Shown piece by piece: positions 11,498-24,369 of a DNA stretch of 64,000 nucleotides. The translations under genes were made by a program, and so were the position numbers. Within the stretch, counting starts at the first letter, position 1; every line of letters starts with the position of its first letter. A model generated the notes under the pieces. The model saw only the letters and a program-made list of their open reading frames with translations, was not told the DNA's origin and did not search any database. Source of the stretch: Glycera tridactyla (lineage: Eukaryota); NCBI GenBank assembly GCA_965644265.1, contig OZ286459.1, forward strand, positions 52,080,001-52,144,000, written 5' to 3'.

Positions 11498-13999
11498 TTC
11501 TATTTTGATTGTACAATATTCATGACATTTTGTTTTTTGACAATTTGATGGTGGCCATCTTAGATTGACCAATTTTCGCTGGACATTTTCGGAAAATAAT
11601 TCTTTCATCACATTCCATACAAGAGGAGGGGGGATATGAATGCATTTACTATCGGGTGGGTAACCAGGGTAGGCTGTGTGAATCTCTCGGTCGCCCCTGT
11701 GAAACAGGCAACTGATGATGATTAGACTGCGCTAGCGCTAGGTCTAACCTTCTATCAGATGCCTCCGAAGTAGCCCTGCTGCACATGTAAGTAGCCCTTC
11801 ACAGCCACTCCACCAGCCCTATCAACCCCCCTACCGTTCTCCATGTAATCCCTGTGATCCACCCGCATGTAATAGCTCCTTCCAACAAAGTCCAACCTTC
11901 AGACACAAGGTGTGAGAATATGGTACTTGTCGTTTGACATCTGAACCAATTCTGGCACGCTCAAGAACATGTCTCATGAGTAATGGGTTCCTATGGAGTT
12001 TTCAAGGATTTTTCTTTTCTCTGTCAATATCAAATGTCCGTCCCAGAATGAGAGACCAGCCCCATATGCTTTTCGGAATTGGACCTTTATTGTACCTTTT
12101 GGTACGTCAAATAGTCCACTGGGCATTTCATGAACCTAGAAATGTACCCTACCCAGAAGTTTTTCGATGAAATTGTACTTCCACGGGGGCATATTTAGCT
12201 TGGTTGTCCAAACGACAACCTTGAACTAATTTGCATAAATCCAAGATGGATATCTCTTTTCGCAGGTCTTTGGGGAGACAGAATCCATTTTTGGCATCGG
12301 TCAATTGATTTGGGTCATTTTTCTGGAGTCTATGTTTGTTTGTGTACTGTTTGATGTATGCATTTTGATATGGGCTCTGTCAGATCTTGATGCAATCAAA
12401 TAAAATGACTGACCAAACTGGTATGAAGCAGTTTTTAATGTTTGGATGCATCTTTCATTTACATTCAACCCAAATCAAAATCAGATGTTCTCTTCAGCAA
12501 GATGTGATTGACTTTCTGAAAACACACAAATATGTGTCTAGGCACAGGTGAGTCGGTCCAAGACTATCGCATAATTTGAGATATGGTTCAGTCAAATGGC
12601 TATTGAGACACAAAAGATCAATGTTCACGTCCCTAGGAATACGTATTTTGGTCTCCGATTTTGATGCATGGGCTAGGTCCTGTACCATGCCGGAATACGA
12701 GCAAGAAATAATGATTTCATCCTGTTGTGGGATGATGGAAGAGATACTGGGACCAGCCTTCTTCAAACGTGCCAGCTTCTTGTTGGAGGATGTGGGACTA
12801 GTCTGAAAATGTAGAATGTATGCGAAACTGACACGCGGAGGGGCAATTATAAACGAACCGGATTTCATTCACGACAAAAGTGTGAATTAATGGAGGGCCA
12901 AGGATAGGCGAAAGCGAGCTATGGTAGGCATTGAAATGAGAACATGCAGTATACCGAAGAGCCTTGGCAATTCTCAACCAGTCTCAAAAAGGTGAAGTTG
13001 AACTAGGCCTGAAGGCCCCGAAAGAATAGCAGCTATAACACCGCACAACTTCTGTGCCTGAATATAAAAGTGGCCCAAAACATCAATCTCACCAAGGAAC
13101 ACATACATTATACGAGCTAATTGGAACCTTTTCTGGTATAAGCGATGCAGGTGAAAAACCTTCAAAACTCCCCAACTGATCATCAACCAGGAATCATCTC
13201 TCTATGAAAACCACTGATGCATACATGTGGTCTCCATTCACATACCCCTCTGTATCAAAATTGCTATCAGCCTGTGCTATAATGGCAGATACTCATGGTA
13301 CTCACAGTCATACATGTGTACTTGAGAGGAAATCGTCCGGCCCCTTCCCCAACTGTTGGCAACTGCGATCACTAGGTTATGTGACAGGTGCGTTACCTCC
13401 CAAAAGATGAGGAGGTTGTGCCGGCCTTTGTCCTGGTTGAGAGTGGGTTGAATCTGTGAGATATGGATGGATTCGGCTACCCCAAGGAGGAAGCAGTTGG
13501 AATCCAGATGTAAAATTGAGACATCTTCCTTGGTCTGTCTTCAATATCACTTGAGATAAGATGGTGCAGTGAAATATGTGATGAGGGACCACCCGGAATG
13601 TCTTCTGAAAGTGATCTCTCAAAAGAGGTGGTCTCTCATCAGAGGTATATTTGACTATGTCAAAAAAAGGAGCTCCCAAAAAAAGCGGTCCTCCCTCAGA
13701 GGTGATCTATTGTCAAAGGGTCTCTCGTCACAGGTTCCATTATAAAACTATAACACATGGAGAGGGGCCAAACATAATGGGAATACCCTAGGATTTCACT
13801 GTATTCTCTTTCTCATTTTCACTTTCATGTTAGTGTCAGAAGAGTCTGAAGAATGGATTCAACAGTTTGAATGTGTCCATAGGTTGGCTAGGCTGTTGGA
13901 TATGAGATCAGGGTCTGTGTGAAACTAATCTATTTCCCTGAGAAAACACACTGAATACACACAGTTTTTGAAGAACTCGCTCGCAAATTCTCTCATGTC

Positions 14000-15400
14000 A
14001 TCATCGTCAAATCTGTTCTTCGTGAAATTGCCACCATTTGAGAGCTGTCATGAACATTTGATCAATGCGAGAGGAACTTTGTGGTATCCTCATCCAGTCT
14101 GATGTGTTGAAACTATTCCATCTGTCATGCAAGTTGAGCAAATGGGCAATTGAAGCAATTCGATCCTCTGATCATCTCATTTCTGGTGCTGATTACCAAA
14201 CAACACAGCTTTTCGAATATTATCATTGCTCTTACAAAATAGTCCCCTCATCTTTGGCAGGGTGCTAAGTAGAATATTACTCATTCTACTCAATCACTTT
14301 TCATTCCTGCTTTCATAATGAAGGTGAATCATGTCTGGGTACTTCGTCTGGGTGGAAGTAGCACTCTCGGTGTGAGCCTATCAATGACAGGCGTATGAAT
14401 ACAATGATGACATGGTGTGCACCACCAATAAGAAGTGTAAATCTCTTCATTATAAAATGGTATGAAAAAAAACACCTGTGTACGACATCTATTATGTCCA
14501 TTCATTCATAATTCTTGCTGCCTGAATTTATCATCTATTGTTTCTGCTTATAGGTTACTATTTTCCACATGTGGCTGAATGTTCCCACCATACTTCTGAA
14601 GTTTGTAATTTTGCAAATTCTGCACTGTGCGCCTTGGCCTTTCTGTTGGGCCTGCTGCCATTGCTTCTGGGTGATCACCAGCATAAAGCCTGGCAAAGCC
14701 ATTCTTAAAATGCGCCAAGTGTCGGTGTTGCGCTTCCTACATGAGATGGCGACAATCAATCTTGAGGGAACGGCGGATAAAGAGGGATTCAGTTACGAAA
14801 TGTTTTTCGCATTGTAATGTCCACATGGAAGTCTGTGGGAATGCTTATTTTGAGAGAGAAATGTTACAGATAGAACCGTCATTCACTGTCTTTCCACCCC
14901 ATGCTCGGGTGCCGTACACCGATTCCATGCTGTGATAGTAATCTGATAGTAGGTCTGCATACGACGGCCATTCATTCAATATAAGACGCTCTGAAGGTCA
15001 TCCCCACCTTCATGAAAGAATCAATTTAGAGTGAAAGCTGTGCCATGGGCTTGCAATATCAGCAATACTTCTACCTCACAGCCCTCAAAGTCAAAGGATT
15101 CAGAAAAAACCTGTATAAAAACTATATATTCAACACGTAGAAGGAATATATGCACACTATATGGCGTGATGACAATAGACAGAGGACTACCTACTGTGTC
15201 CTTTATCTGCTTGCATGCACTTATCCGAATGTGATTAATAATGCAAGGCGGTGGGGTGGGCGTTAATTGACCAACATTGCTGTGAAGTAGCACCGTTCCA
15301 TGCATCGGCAGCATCTTCCAATGTTGCTCGACATGCCAATCTTTAATTTTCTCATGTCTACTATGCCCCAAGTACTAATAGAGTTGCATCAATATCCACT
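14000..15400 (-). pseudogene. Heavily decayed transposase-like coding remnant (possibly Academ-like)
   Basis: Minus-strand peptide DCRHLM*EAQHRHLAHFKNGFARLY (~14690-14760) resembles the DLxAxEAxYH motif. There are many stops. Confidence 0.3.
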
Positions 15401-17985
15401 CAAAGGCGGTCTCAGACAGCAAAACTGTCCGACATTATTGTTGGTTGTGTACACCAAATGAGCAAGATCAGAGTTGTACCAGTTATCTGAGGTCAAAAGA
15501 TGAGTGGACGGACAGGGAAATAGATGAGAAGGCAGATGTACATATAGATTCTTAGAAAGTTAAAATGATGGAATGGGTGAATGGTTGACTGAATGGATGG
15601 ACGGACGAACGGACGGACGAACGGACGGATGGATGGTTATATAGACAGATATTTTGGGTGGTGTTTCTCTGCACTGTGACAAATGCGGATGAAAGTCAAT
15701 CCTATGGCGCCCAGGTTACCCACTAAACGAAAAATGTCTTATAGAGAACTACATGAACACTTGCTCGGCTTGCTATAACGGTGGAAGCTTCAGTGAGGTG
15801 AGATTTTCCGGATTGTCTGGCTGAGCCTTTCCGCCTGAAGAAGACTGCAGATCCGAAACTCCCAGCTTTTGAGAATTTGTTTTGTTCCCCTGACCTGTCA
15901 CTTTGTGTTCGAGGTTGTGAAGTGTTCGCCTCCCTGTTCACGCGGCTGCTGCTACTGAGAAGAATGAAGAATGAACATTGACCTGTTGAATCCAGGCACA
16001 AAGAGCTCGCTCGTCTACGCCTACCTAGTTCACTATTCATTGCTTCAAGTCGTGCGGTCCTGCTCGAAACTTTCTGTGAAACAGTCCTACCGACTGCTAG
16101 CATATTTCCAGCGGTTCAAAATCGGTCTTTCGCTGGCATACGCGGTGCCAAGTGGAAATCGATTGGTGCTGAAATACGGGGTGATTTCAAAAATGCCCGC
16201 AAACAACATGAATATGGAAACACATGGCAGAAAATCTCGAAATGCAATGACGCTCCTGACTATACAGTTTTCATTTGAGGTTCAAAGGATGTACACGATT
16301 TCGACAATAAATGCCCAAAAAATCACTAAGCACTCATCGAGTTACTAGAATATATGGATATCACATGACCCATGCGAAGCGCTCCATGCTCGAGGATTTT
16401 AGACGTGAAATCATCGCTTTGCTTGATGATCTATCACGACTTTTGCCATCAACACGTATCTGCGGTTCGCCAATCCTCCAGAGACCCTGCTGATCCTACT
16501 ATGCAGAGTTTCTTGCCTTACAAATTGATCTGATCCTACTCAAGGAGCTCAAGAGGCGTAGGCTAGCGCTTGTCAAAGGCATTTGGTCAAATAGACTATT
16601 CATCACACCCTTCTCTAGTCGCAGTAAAAAAAGGAAGCGCCAAACACGATTCGGCCCCATCATGCACAGGATGCTTAAACTAGATAGTATTCATCTCAGG
16701 AGGCAGGGCAACCTAGCCCTAACACGTGGCATTCTCGACCAGTTCCTTGGCGCATGGATCTATCAAAGCTGAAATAGCAGCTACTTCACCCGCTGTCAGA
16801 CATGCACCACAAACCCTCCCATCCAAAAGTGATATTATTCGAAGGGCTGACATAAATTCTGTGTGGTGCTCTGGTGACGCTGATACAATGGTTTTTGTTG
16901 TCAAACTACTTATTTGAGAAGTGCGATTGGAACAACCTCCAACCGTATCCATTCAAGCAAAATACACCTGTGTCCCTCGTCAAACGCGGAACTGTGAGCC
17001 CAACCACCAGCAATCACCACCAACCGACAGTCGGCATATAACAAGAGGGAAACGACTTCAACGTTGTACCTTGACATGCCACTACCACTCCCTCGAATGT
17101 TGCATCTCATGGCCATGGTGATGGTGCGCCCAGTACTGGTGACCACGATGGTTGTCTGTTACCATGGTCGTGATGTGCACATTGATGTCGGTCATGCTTC
17201 AAGCCGAATTCAGCAGAGTATCATAATCGGGTTATATCGGTCCTATATGGGTCGACTTAGCTGAAACTGAATCGTCCTGCCATTTTGACCATATGTACTT
17301 GCTGCTCAGTTCTGGTGATCACGGTGCTGGCAAGGCTGAAATCGGCCCGTGAGCATGAACATGGTTCAGCAATGTTTAGGACGATTTGTTTGCATTTGAT
17401 CTGTGACTTTCAGTCGACCTTGTCACCACAATTGAATGCCCATATGTCAACCAGGCCTTCTCACTCCTCTCATCATAGCTGACCACGTAATTAATTTGGC
17501 TGAATGTATTTTACTTGTGATATTTGATGAGCAGTGGTAAACTCTCATGTACTCACTAAACGTGCCAATTGGCTATCTCCGCATACCTGTAACGTTTTGA
17601 ATGACCACTTTTTTGTCTGAATTTATATTACTTTTGATATATGACCAGCTATTGCCATCTTCCCCTATCATCCCGACGGATTACCACACCCAGCACTACT
17701 CTCTGGACACCACCAGGATGGTTGTTTGACTGTGATGCGGGCTGCCTCCGCGATCACGAATAACTCCAAACACTTTGAGAGATGAGCAATACTATAAAGT
17801 GTTTCTCAAAATTTCAACTACTGGCTGACTTATGTTCTTCGTGCAATCACGCGATTATCTCTCCTCCCAAACCAGGTGACCAACTTCTGATGCCCTCCCC
17901 CCGACACCTCATCCTGTTTTTTCTCTATTCTCTTTCTCTGTGTCACTATTTCTTCCTTCCTATCCTCACTTGCCGACTGTTACCT

Positions 17986-19930
17986 ATGCCTAAATAACCG
18001 AAATGGTTTAGGTAAAGAAACTCTCCAAAGAAGTGACCTTCTCATCTGATGTCTAGCCCCCCCCCCCCCCCCCCAGCCTCCTTCCACCACACAACAACTT
18101 TCTTAGCTAATCTACCTGGTATTGTTTTCAGCTGCCTCAATTTGAGAAGCATTGCCAGGAAAATAGATGATATACGCTCTTCCCTATCCAGGAGCAAAGT
18201 TTACCTGCCAGGCATAACTGAAACCTTTCTAAATAGCTCCATTAGTGATAGTGAATTATCAGTAGAGAATCATAACTGCTCCCGGTAGATGGAGGCCGTC
18301 TCGTAGGTAAAAGCGGTGGTGATGGATTATGCATCTTCACCAAAGACCACCATATATTTGAACATCTGGGGACATTATATCTCCGGACATTGAAATGATA
18401 TGATGCAAGCTTCTTCTCGCCCGCAGTATGGCCACTCAAATTGGTATTATCTACCGCCCACCACATTGCAAAGTGGAAAATGCTTGAGCTAAAACTAACT
18501 GAAATCCACAGTAATAATGTCTCCGACGCACATTCATCATTAAGAGATCTTACCATAGATATCAAAGCCAAAAACTTTGTTACCACAAAATACTCCAACT
18601 TTCTTTGTACATTTCACCTGACTCAAATAATCAAAACACCTACACGAGTTACTGACCATAGTGCAACACTTATCGACCATATCGCTACAAACTGACGAGA
18701 AGTGTTCTCCACCTGTGGCGATCACAATCTCGTTTGGACGCCCATAGAAATAGATCATCAAAACATCACACTTTGATTTCATACGCAGCCTAAGAAACGT
18801 TAACGTAAATCAGATGAATATTTACACTACTAACCTTAACTGGAATGACTTTTACGAATTAATTAGCAAAGATGTGTCAAGCTTTTTCTATGACATTATC
18901 ACACCTATTTGTGACAAACATTGCCCACAAAAGCGTTTTCGTATAAGGGATAATAAACCAGGCTGGGTGAACAATGACTACTCCAGTCATATCTGAGCCA
19001 CGAAAACCATTTCCATCCAATACCTGCAAATGCCCGATTGAAAAATGATGCGCAATGTGCTGCCAACAGATTGAAAATTCAGCTACAACGAAATTTTATA
19101 GATGAAGAAGATTAAATCATGTAAGGGAGACAGTGGTAAATTATGGAAAGTTCTTTGACAATTCTGGTCTAATAACAAGAACGGATCCACTATCGATAAG
19201 ATAGAGGAAATCTCGGAACCAACCAAAATTGCAATTATTTTGAACAAATTTCTCAGTACGATTTGCCAAAATATCAACGACAGTATGGGCCATCAATCAG
19301 CGTCTGCAATTCAGCCTGGAGCACCTAATACAAATTTTGTCAATTTCAACTCGACTGATATTGAGGAAACTGAAGTGATGGAAATGTTGGGAGGATTATC
19401 GGAATCCAAAAGCAGTGGGTACGATGGTCTTCCCCGGACTATTTTAAAATGGCTTAGCCCCTCCATATCCAGACCTCCATATCCAAGTCACTCATTTTCA
19501 CTTAGCCTCTGTTCGTCTGTTTTCCCCTCTATTTGGAAAAGAGCTACGACCACCCCGCATTATAAGGAAGGCTCACCCTCTGACCCGTCCATCTACCGTC
19601 CCATATCCGTTCTGAGCCCATTCAGCATAGGTTTGGAGTGATTGGCACACAACCAATTGTACAAGCACATTGAAAACAGCAATATTGGTCGTATGGTCGG
19701 AGCAGGTTCCAGGTAGAGGTACTCCACTGCCACCTGTTTGATAAATTTCCTGGATAGAATCTATACTAGTATTGAACAGGGACGTGTCAGCGGAGTCCTC
19801 TTCCTGGACTTGGGAAAGGCCTTTGACACCGCTAACCATACCACCCTCTGTTTGAAACTATCGAAATTCAATATTGATCCTCATGCAATTAATTTGATCC
19901 GTTCATATTTAACTGACAGATTCTGCTGTA
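17986..19930 (+). mobile_element. CR1/L2-type LINE ORF2 remnant (AP endonuclease plus RT N-half), 3'-truncated
   Basis: CLNLRSI...ITETFL (APE), TRVTDHSATLIDHIATN, SKSSGYDGLP, FPSIWK...YRPISVL and GVLFLDLGKAFDTANH in fragmented ORFs 18049-19962. Confidence 0.88.
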
Positions 19931-19964
19931 AAAAGGTTACTGGAGCCGGCAGTAGTATATAGTG

Positions 19965-20350
19965 GTGGTGGAACTGCTCCACCGCTCCACCGCTCCACCG
20001 CTCCAAACCCCTTGTGTTGGAACCGCTCCACCGCTCCAGTAAATCAATGTGAACCATTCACTTTTCTCTTTGACCAAGTCATATACTAGCAAACTTTGGA
20101 TTCTTGTACATTTCCACCACATTCTTCTAGAATGTATTCTGTCGAATCCTTTCGTTATGTGACCAAGTCATCTATGCACTTTCAAATGAATTTGTCACAT
20201 TCACATTTCCAGGTTGCACGAACAGGATTTCCCCCAAACCTGTGGTGTTGGAACCGCTCCACCGCTCCAGCAAATGGATGTGATCAATTCACTATTCTCT
20301 TTGGCCAAGTTGTATACTTGCAAAATTTCGGATTCTTGAACATTTCGACT
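19965..20350. repeat. CCGCTCCA microrepeats plus ~231-bp imperfect tandem duplication
   Basis: gtgttggaaccgctccaccgctccag...ggattcttg occurs at ~20014 and ~20245. The segment starts where the preceding LINE breaks off. Confidence 0.75.
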
Positions 20351-20857
20351 AGAATGCATTCCAACGATTTCTATTTGCTATGCGACCAATCTGACACACA
20401 ACTTTCAATTTGGCACATTCGCTCTGTTAATCAAATTGGCCATTATTTATCTTGTATATTTGGAATCTGCTGCATTTGGGCTTTCCTAGAATGGTGATTG
20501 CCAATATTGCATATGAGCAAGTCAAATATCTGTTTTGGAATGAACTTTTTTTTCATGGAATTTTCTGGTTCCATCAAATCAATTCAAATCTTGTTTGATC
20601 TCTGCAGCTCTCACTTCCACAAACCTCAAACACGGGATGGTGATCTTACGTGGGTTTTCCAGGTGTTGCTTCTGTTGGCCCTCCTCCTCCTTCGATGGAC
20701 TCGCTCTCTGCCCTCCCTTTGGCTTGCACACACCCATGTAAATTGGGGATGATTTCTTGCCTCGTGGCCGCATGCGAGCCAACCATCTGCCCCCTCACTC
20801 TATCTATTTCTTGCGGAGGCAGCAGCGGCTGTATACCACCGAATGGCCTGCTTGTTT

Positions 20858-20858
20858 A

Positions 20859-20928
<70 letters not shown>
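20858..20928. repeat. (CA)n microsatellite
   Basis: Direct reading. Further (CA)n tracts lie at ~23671-23710 and ~23997-24052. Confidence 0.97.
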
Positions 20929-20974
20929 ACCCACTGTAGGAAATAAAATTTCAGATGTGTGTCATGATGAGCAC

Positions 20975-23600
20975 AAGTTGATGAATTTTGAAATTGTTTC
21001 ATGCAGCCTTTGCTTTCACAAACCCGGTACATAGCCAATAGGAAGCAAAATGTAGTATGGAGACCAAATCATGTCTATTCTCTCAGCCTAGATGAGTGTT
21101 ATGAAGTGTTCTACACCCTAAACACGAGCTGATGAATTTTGTTTCTGGTGATCGGTCATGATGATTTTACCCATGCAGTCCTCTCTCTTACAAACCTGGA
21201 GCATGCTACTGATTGATGTTGGCAGTCAGTGTGTTTTTCTGTGCGGTCCATCAACCTTTCGGGTTTTGCTTTGGTTTGTTGTGAGCCGGTGGTATTTGAG
21301 ATGGTAATATACTTGATGCTCTGCAGTCCACATTTTCACAACCCCAGGACAAGGTTTGGTATTGACTGGTCTAGGTTGCTGTTTGTCTAACACCTACTTG
21401 TCTATACTCTCACATGATTGAGCACCATGTTCCTTTTCTCCCTGTGCAGACCTCATTTTCACAAACCTCAAAAACAATTGGATGGGTGGATGCTATACAT
21501 GTGGATTGGTCTATTTCGAATTGGTCCCCATGTTCTTTCACTGTGAAGTCCTAACAAACCCTAGAAGATGAGTTGATCGCTGTGTATCACAGTGGCCAAG
21601 AATAAATGACCTAGTGAAGCTATGTGAATCAATCTCATATTCACATGGTAACACCAAGGTCAACATCTATAATAACAGAAATGACACCTCAAGTGTCTGT
21701 GAATTTCATAAATTTTCGCCTTCTGTTAGGGACCCGGAAGGAGGAGAATTGAATGATCTCACCCATGCCCATTGCAGGGGCGTCACAATATAGCACAGAT
21801 GGAGCTGACGTGACGTTAAACCCTCAACAAACAAAAAAACAACAAACTCTGTGCACTTCCTGATTTTCCATTGCCTGATGTTTCACCAATGCAGTCTTCA
21901 CACTCACAAACCTTGCACACAGCTAGTAGGATTTGTTTTGTTTTGTTGGGGTTTAACGTCACGTCAGCTCCATCTAGGCTATATTGTGACGCCCATGCGA
22001 TGGGCATGGGTGGGATCATTCAAGACTCCTCCTTCAGGATCCCTAACAGAAGGCGAAAATTTATGAAATTCACAGACACTCAAGGTGTCATTTAGCAGTC
22101 AGTCTAGATTGAAAAAAATGGTTCACAAACCCTAGAAGATGAGTTGATGGCTGGTCTGAAAACATCAAGTTGTGAGTTTTTCATGCTATTTCCAACCAGA
22201 TCTATTTTTTCAGAATGTGTGAGGATTACAGATAAAAGATTTGTAGCATATCAACTGTGTAGTTTCTGACTTTCACTGATCCAGAATTTGTTTCATGTAG
22301 CTTTCACTTTTACAAACCCTACACACAGCTGGTAGGATGCAACATTTTGGGTCAAATCTTTGGGTCCAGATGGGTGTCATGATGTTTTTCACATTCTGAG
22401 CACGAGTTGATAAATTTTGAAATTGTTTCATGCAGCCTTTACTTTCACAAACCCGGTACATAGCCAATAGGAAGCAAAATGTAGTATGGAGACCAAATCA
22501 TGTCTATTCTTTCAGCCTAGATGAGTGTTATGAAGTGTTCTACACCTTGAACACGAGCTGATGAATTTTGTTTCTGGTGATCGGTCATGATGATTTTACC
22601 CATGCAGTCCTCTCTCTTACAAACCTGGAGCATGCTACTGATTGATGTTTGCAGTCAGTGTGTTTTTCTGTGCGGTCCATCAACCTTTCAGGTTTTGCTT
22701 TGGTTTGTTGTGAGCCGGTGGTATTTGAGATGGTAATATACTTGATGCTCTGCAGTCCACATTTTCACGACCCCTGGATGAGTTGATGGGGTCTGATCTA
22801 GATTGCTGTTTGTCTAACACCACCCACTTGTCTCATACTCGCTGTTTGTCCAACACCACCCACTTGTCTCATACTCTCACAACCTTAGGTTTTGGTTGGA
22901 GTTGATGTAGGTTTAATGTCGTTTGTGCTATATTGTGATGCTCATGCAGTGGGCAAAGAGTGAGCTGATTCAGGACTCCTCCTCCTTCTGGGTTTTCACC
23001 AGAAGGTAAAAATTCATTAAATTCATAGTCACATGCCATGTCTCTGCAGTTGATACATTTGATTGAGCATCATGTTCCCTCTCTCCTTGTGCAGGCCTCA
23101 CTTTCACAAACCCCAAAAACAATTGGATGGGTGGATGCTATATATGTGGATTGGTCTATTTCGAATTGGTCCCCATGTTCTTTCACTGTGAAGTCCTCAC
23201 AAACCCTAGAAGATGAGTTGATGGATGCACTCTCTCTGCATTCCTGATTTTCCATTGCTTGGCGTTTCATCTATGCAGTCTTCACACTCACAAACCCTGC
23301 ACACAGCTAGTAGGATGCAGCATTTTGGGGGGCGATCCATATCTATTATTGAGGTTCAGATGTGTTTTATGATGTTTTCTACACTCTGAACATGAGCCGA
23401 TGAATTTCGAAATTGTTTCATGTGGTCTTTACTTTCACAAACCCGACACACAGCTGGTAGGAAACAAAATTTTGTATTGGGTCAAACTATGTCTATTCTT
23501 TCAACCTAGATGTGTGTTATGAAGTGTTTTACACCTTAAACACGAGCTGATGAATTTTGTTTTTTGTGATCAGGCATGATGTTTTCACCTATGCAGTCTG
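20975..23600. repeat. Complex duplicated, satellite-like block (motifs tgcagtc/tttcacaaaccc/gatgagttgat)
   Basis: 20975-21430 recurs at ~22405-22880, 21431-21580 at ~23050-23220, and 22280-22600 at ~23270-23590. Confidence 0.8.
21679..22093. repeat. Inverted pair of a ~160-bp interspersed repeat ending in an (AAAC)n tail (retroposon 3'-end like)
   Basis: 21679-~21845 is the reverse complement of ~21931-22093. A third copy is at ~53058-53192, with degenerate copies at ~22905-23030 and ~23880-23995. Confidence 0.8.
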
Positions 23601-23994
23601 AATGATCTATAACTCATCAGCTTTCTGTACTCTGGAATATTTCATGGGGGGGTCTACTTGTTGGAGTAACATACACACACACACATACACCCACACACAC
23701 ACACCCACACATTGTTTTCTTGAGGGTAGTCCTCACGTATATTTTTCCAGGGTATTTCTGATGTGATGTTTGATACTATGAATTTCTAGCATGGGTCGGT
23801 GGAAGTTATTTGCTTTCCTTTGTAGTCCCAGGTCCATTCTTGTAGACATAATGAAGTTCTAGAGGGGTCAGTGGAAGTTATTTGTGCTATATTGTGATGC
23901 ACATGTAGTGGGCAAGGGCGAGCTGATTCTGCGCATGTAGTGGGCAAGGGTGAGCTGATTCAAGACTCCTCCTTCTGGGATTTCAACAGAAGGT

Positions 23995-24031
<37 letters not shown>

Positions 24032-24369
24032 ACACACACACACACACACATACATGTAGCTGTGATGTTATGATAGAAATTGAAAAACAAAGAAAAAAAA
24101 TATATTTAGAATTTTTAATATCATCATATATTTTATACAATCAAATATCAAATTCTATGTCGAATATGATGATGAACTTGTTGGGACTCGTCTGCAGAAA
24201 TTGACACATACATCAGGAAAAGACGACCAAGACTGCAGAAACTGTTGGATATTATTACCACAAGACTGTCAGCGGTGCTAGAGTTGATTCGAACACATAT
24301 ATGTACGTACAAAATATTATTGAATCAAATATTAATGCTATTTGCGACAAAGCATATTTGAAATAAGTT

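Noticed and set aside
12200-13800. Possible decayed polymerase or RT-like coding sequence (SDFDAW...EDVGL)
   Set aside because: Many stops in all frames and no convincing ordered motif set, so it cannot be assigned.
20757-21038. His/Thr-rich or Cys/Val-rich ORFs
   Set aside because: Translations of the (CA)n microsatellite. The same applies at 23868-24140 and to the poly-G/T ORF at 4519-4887.
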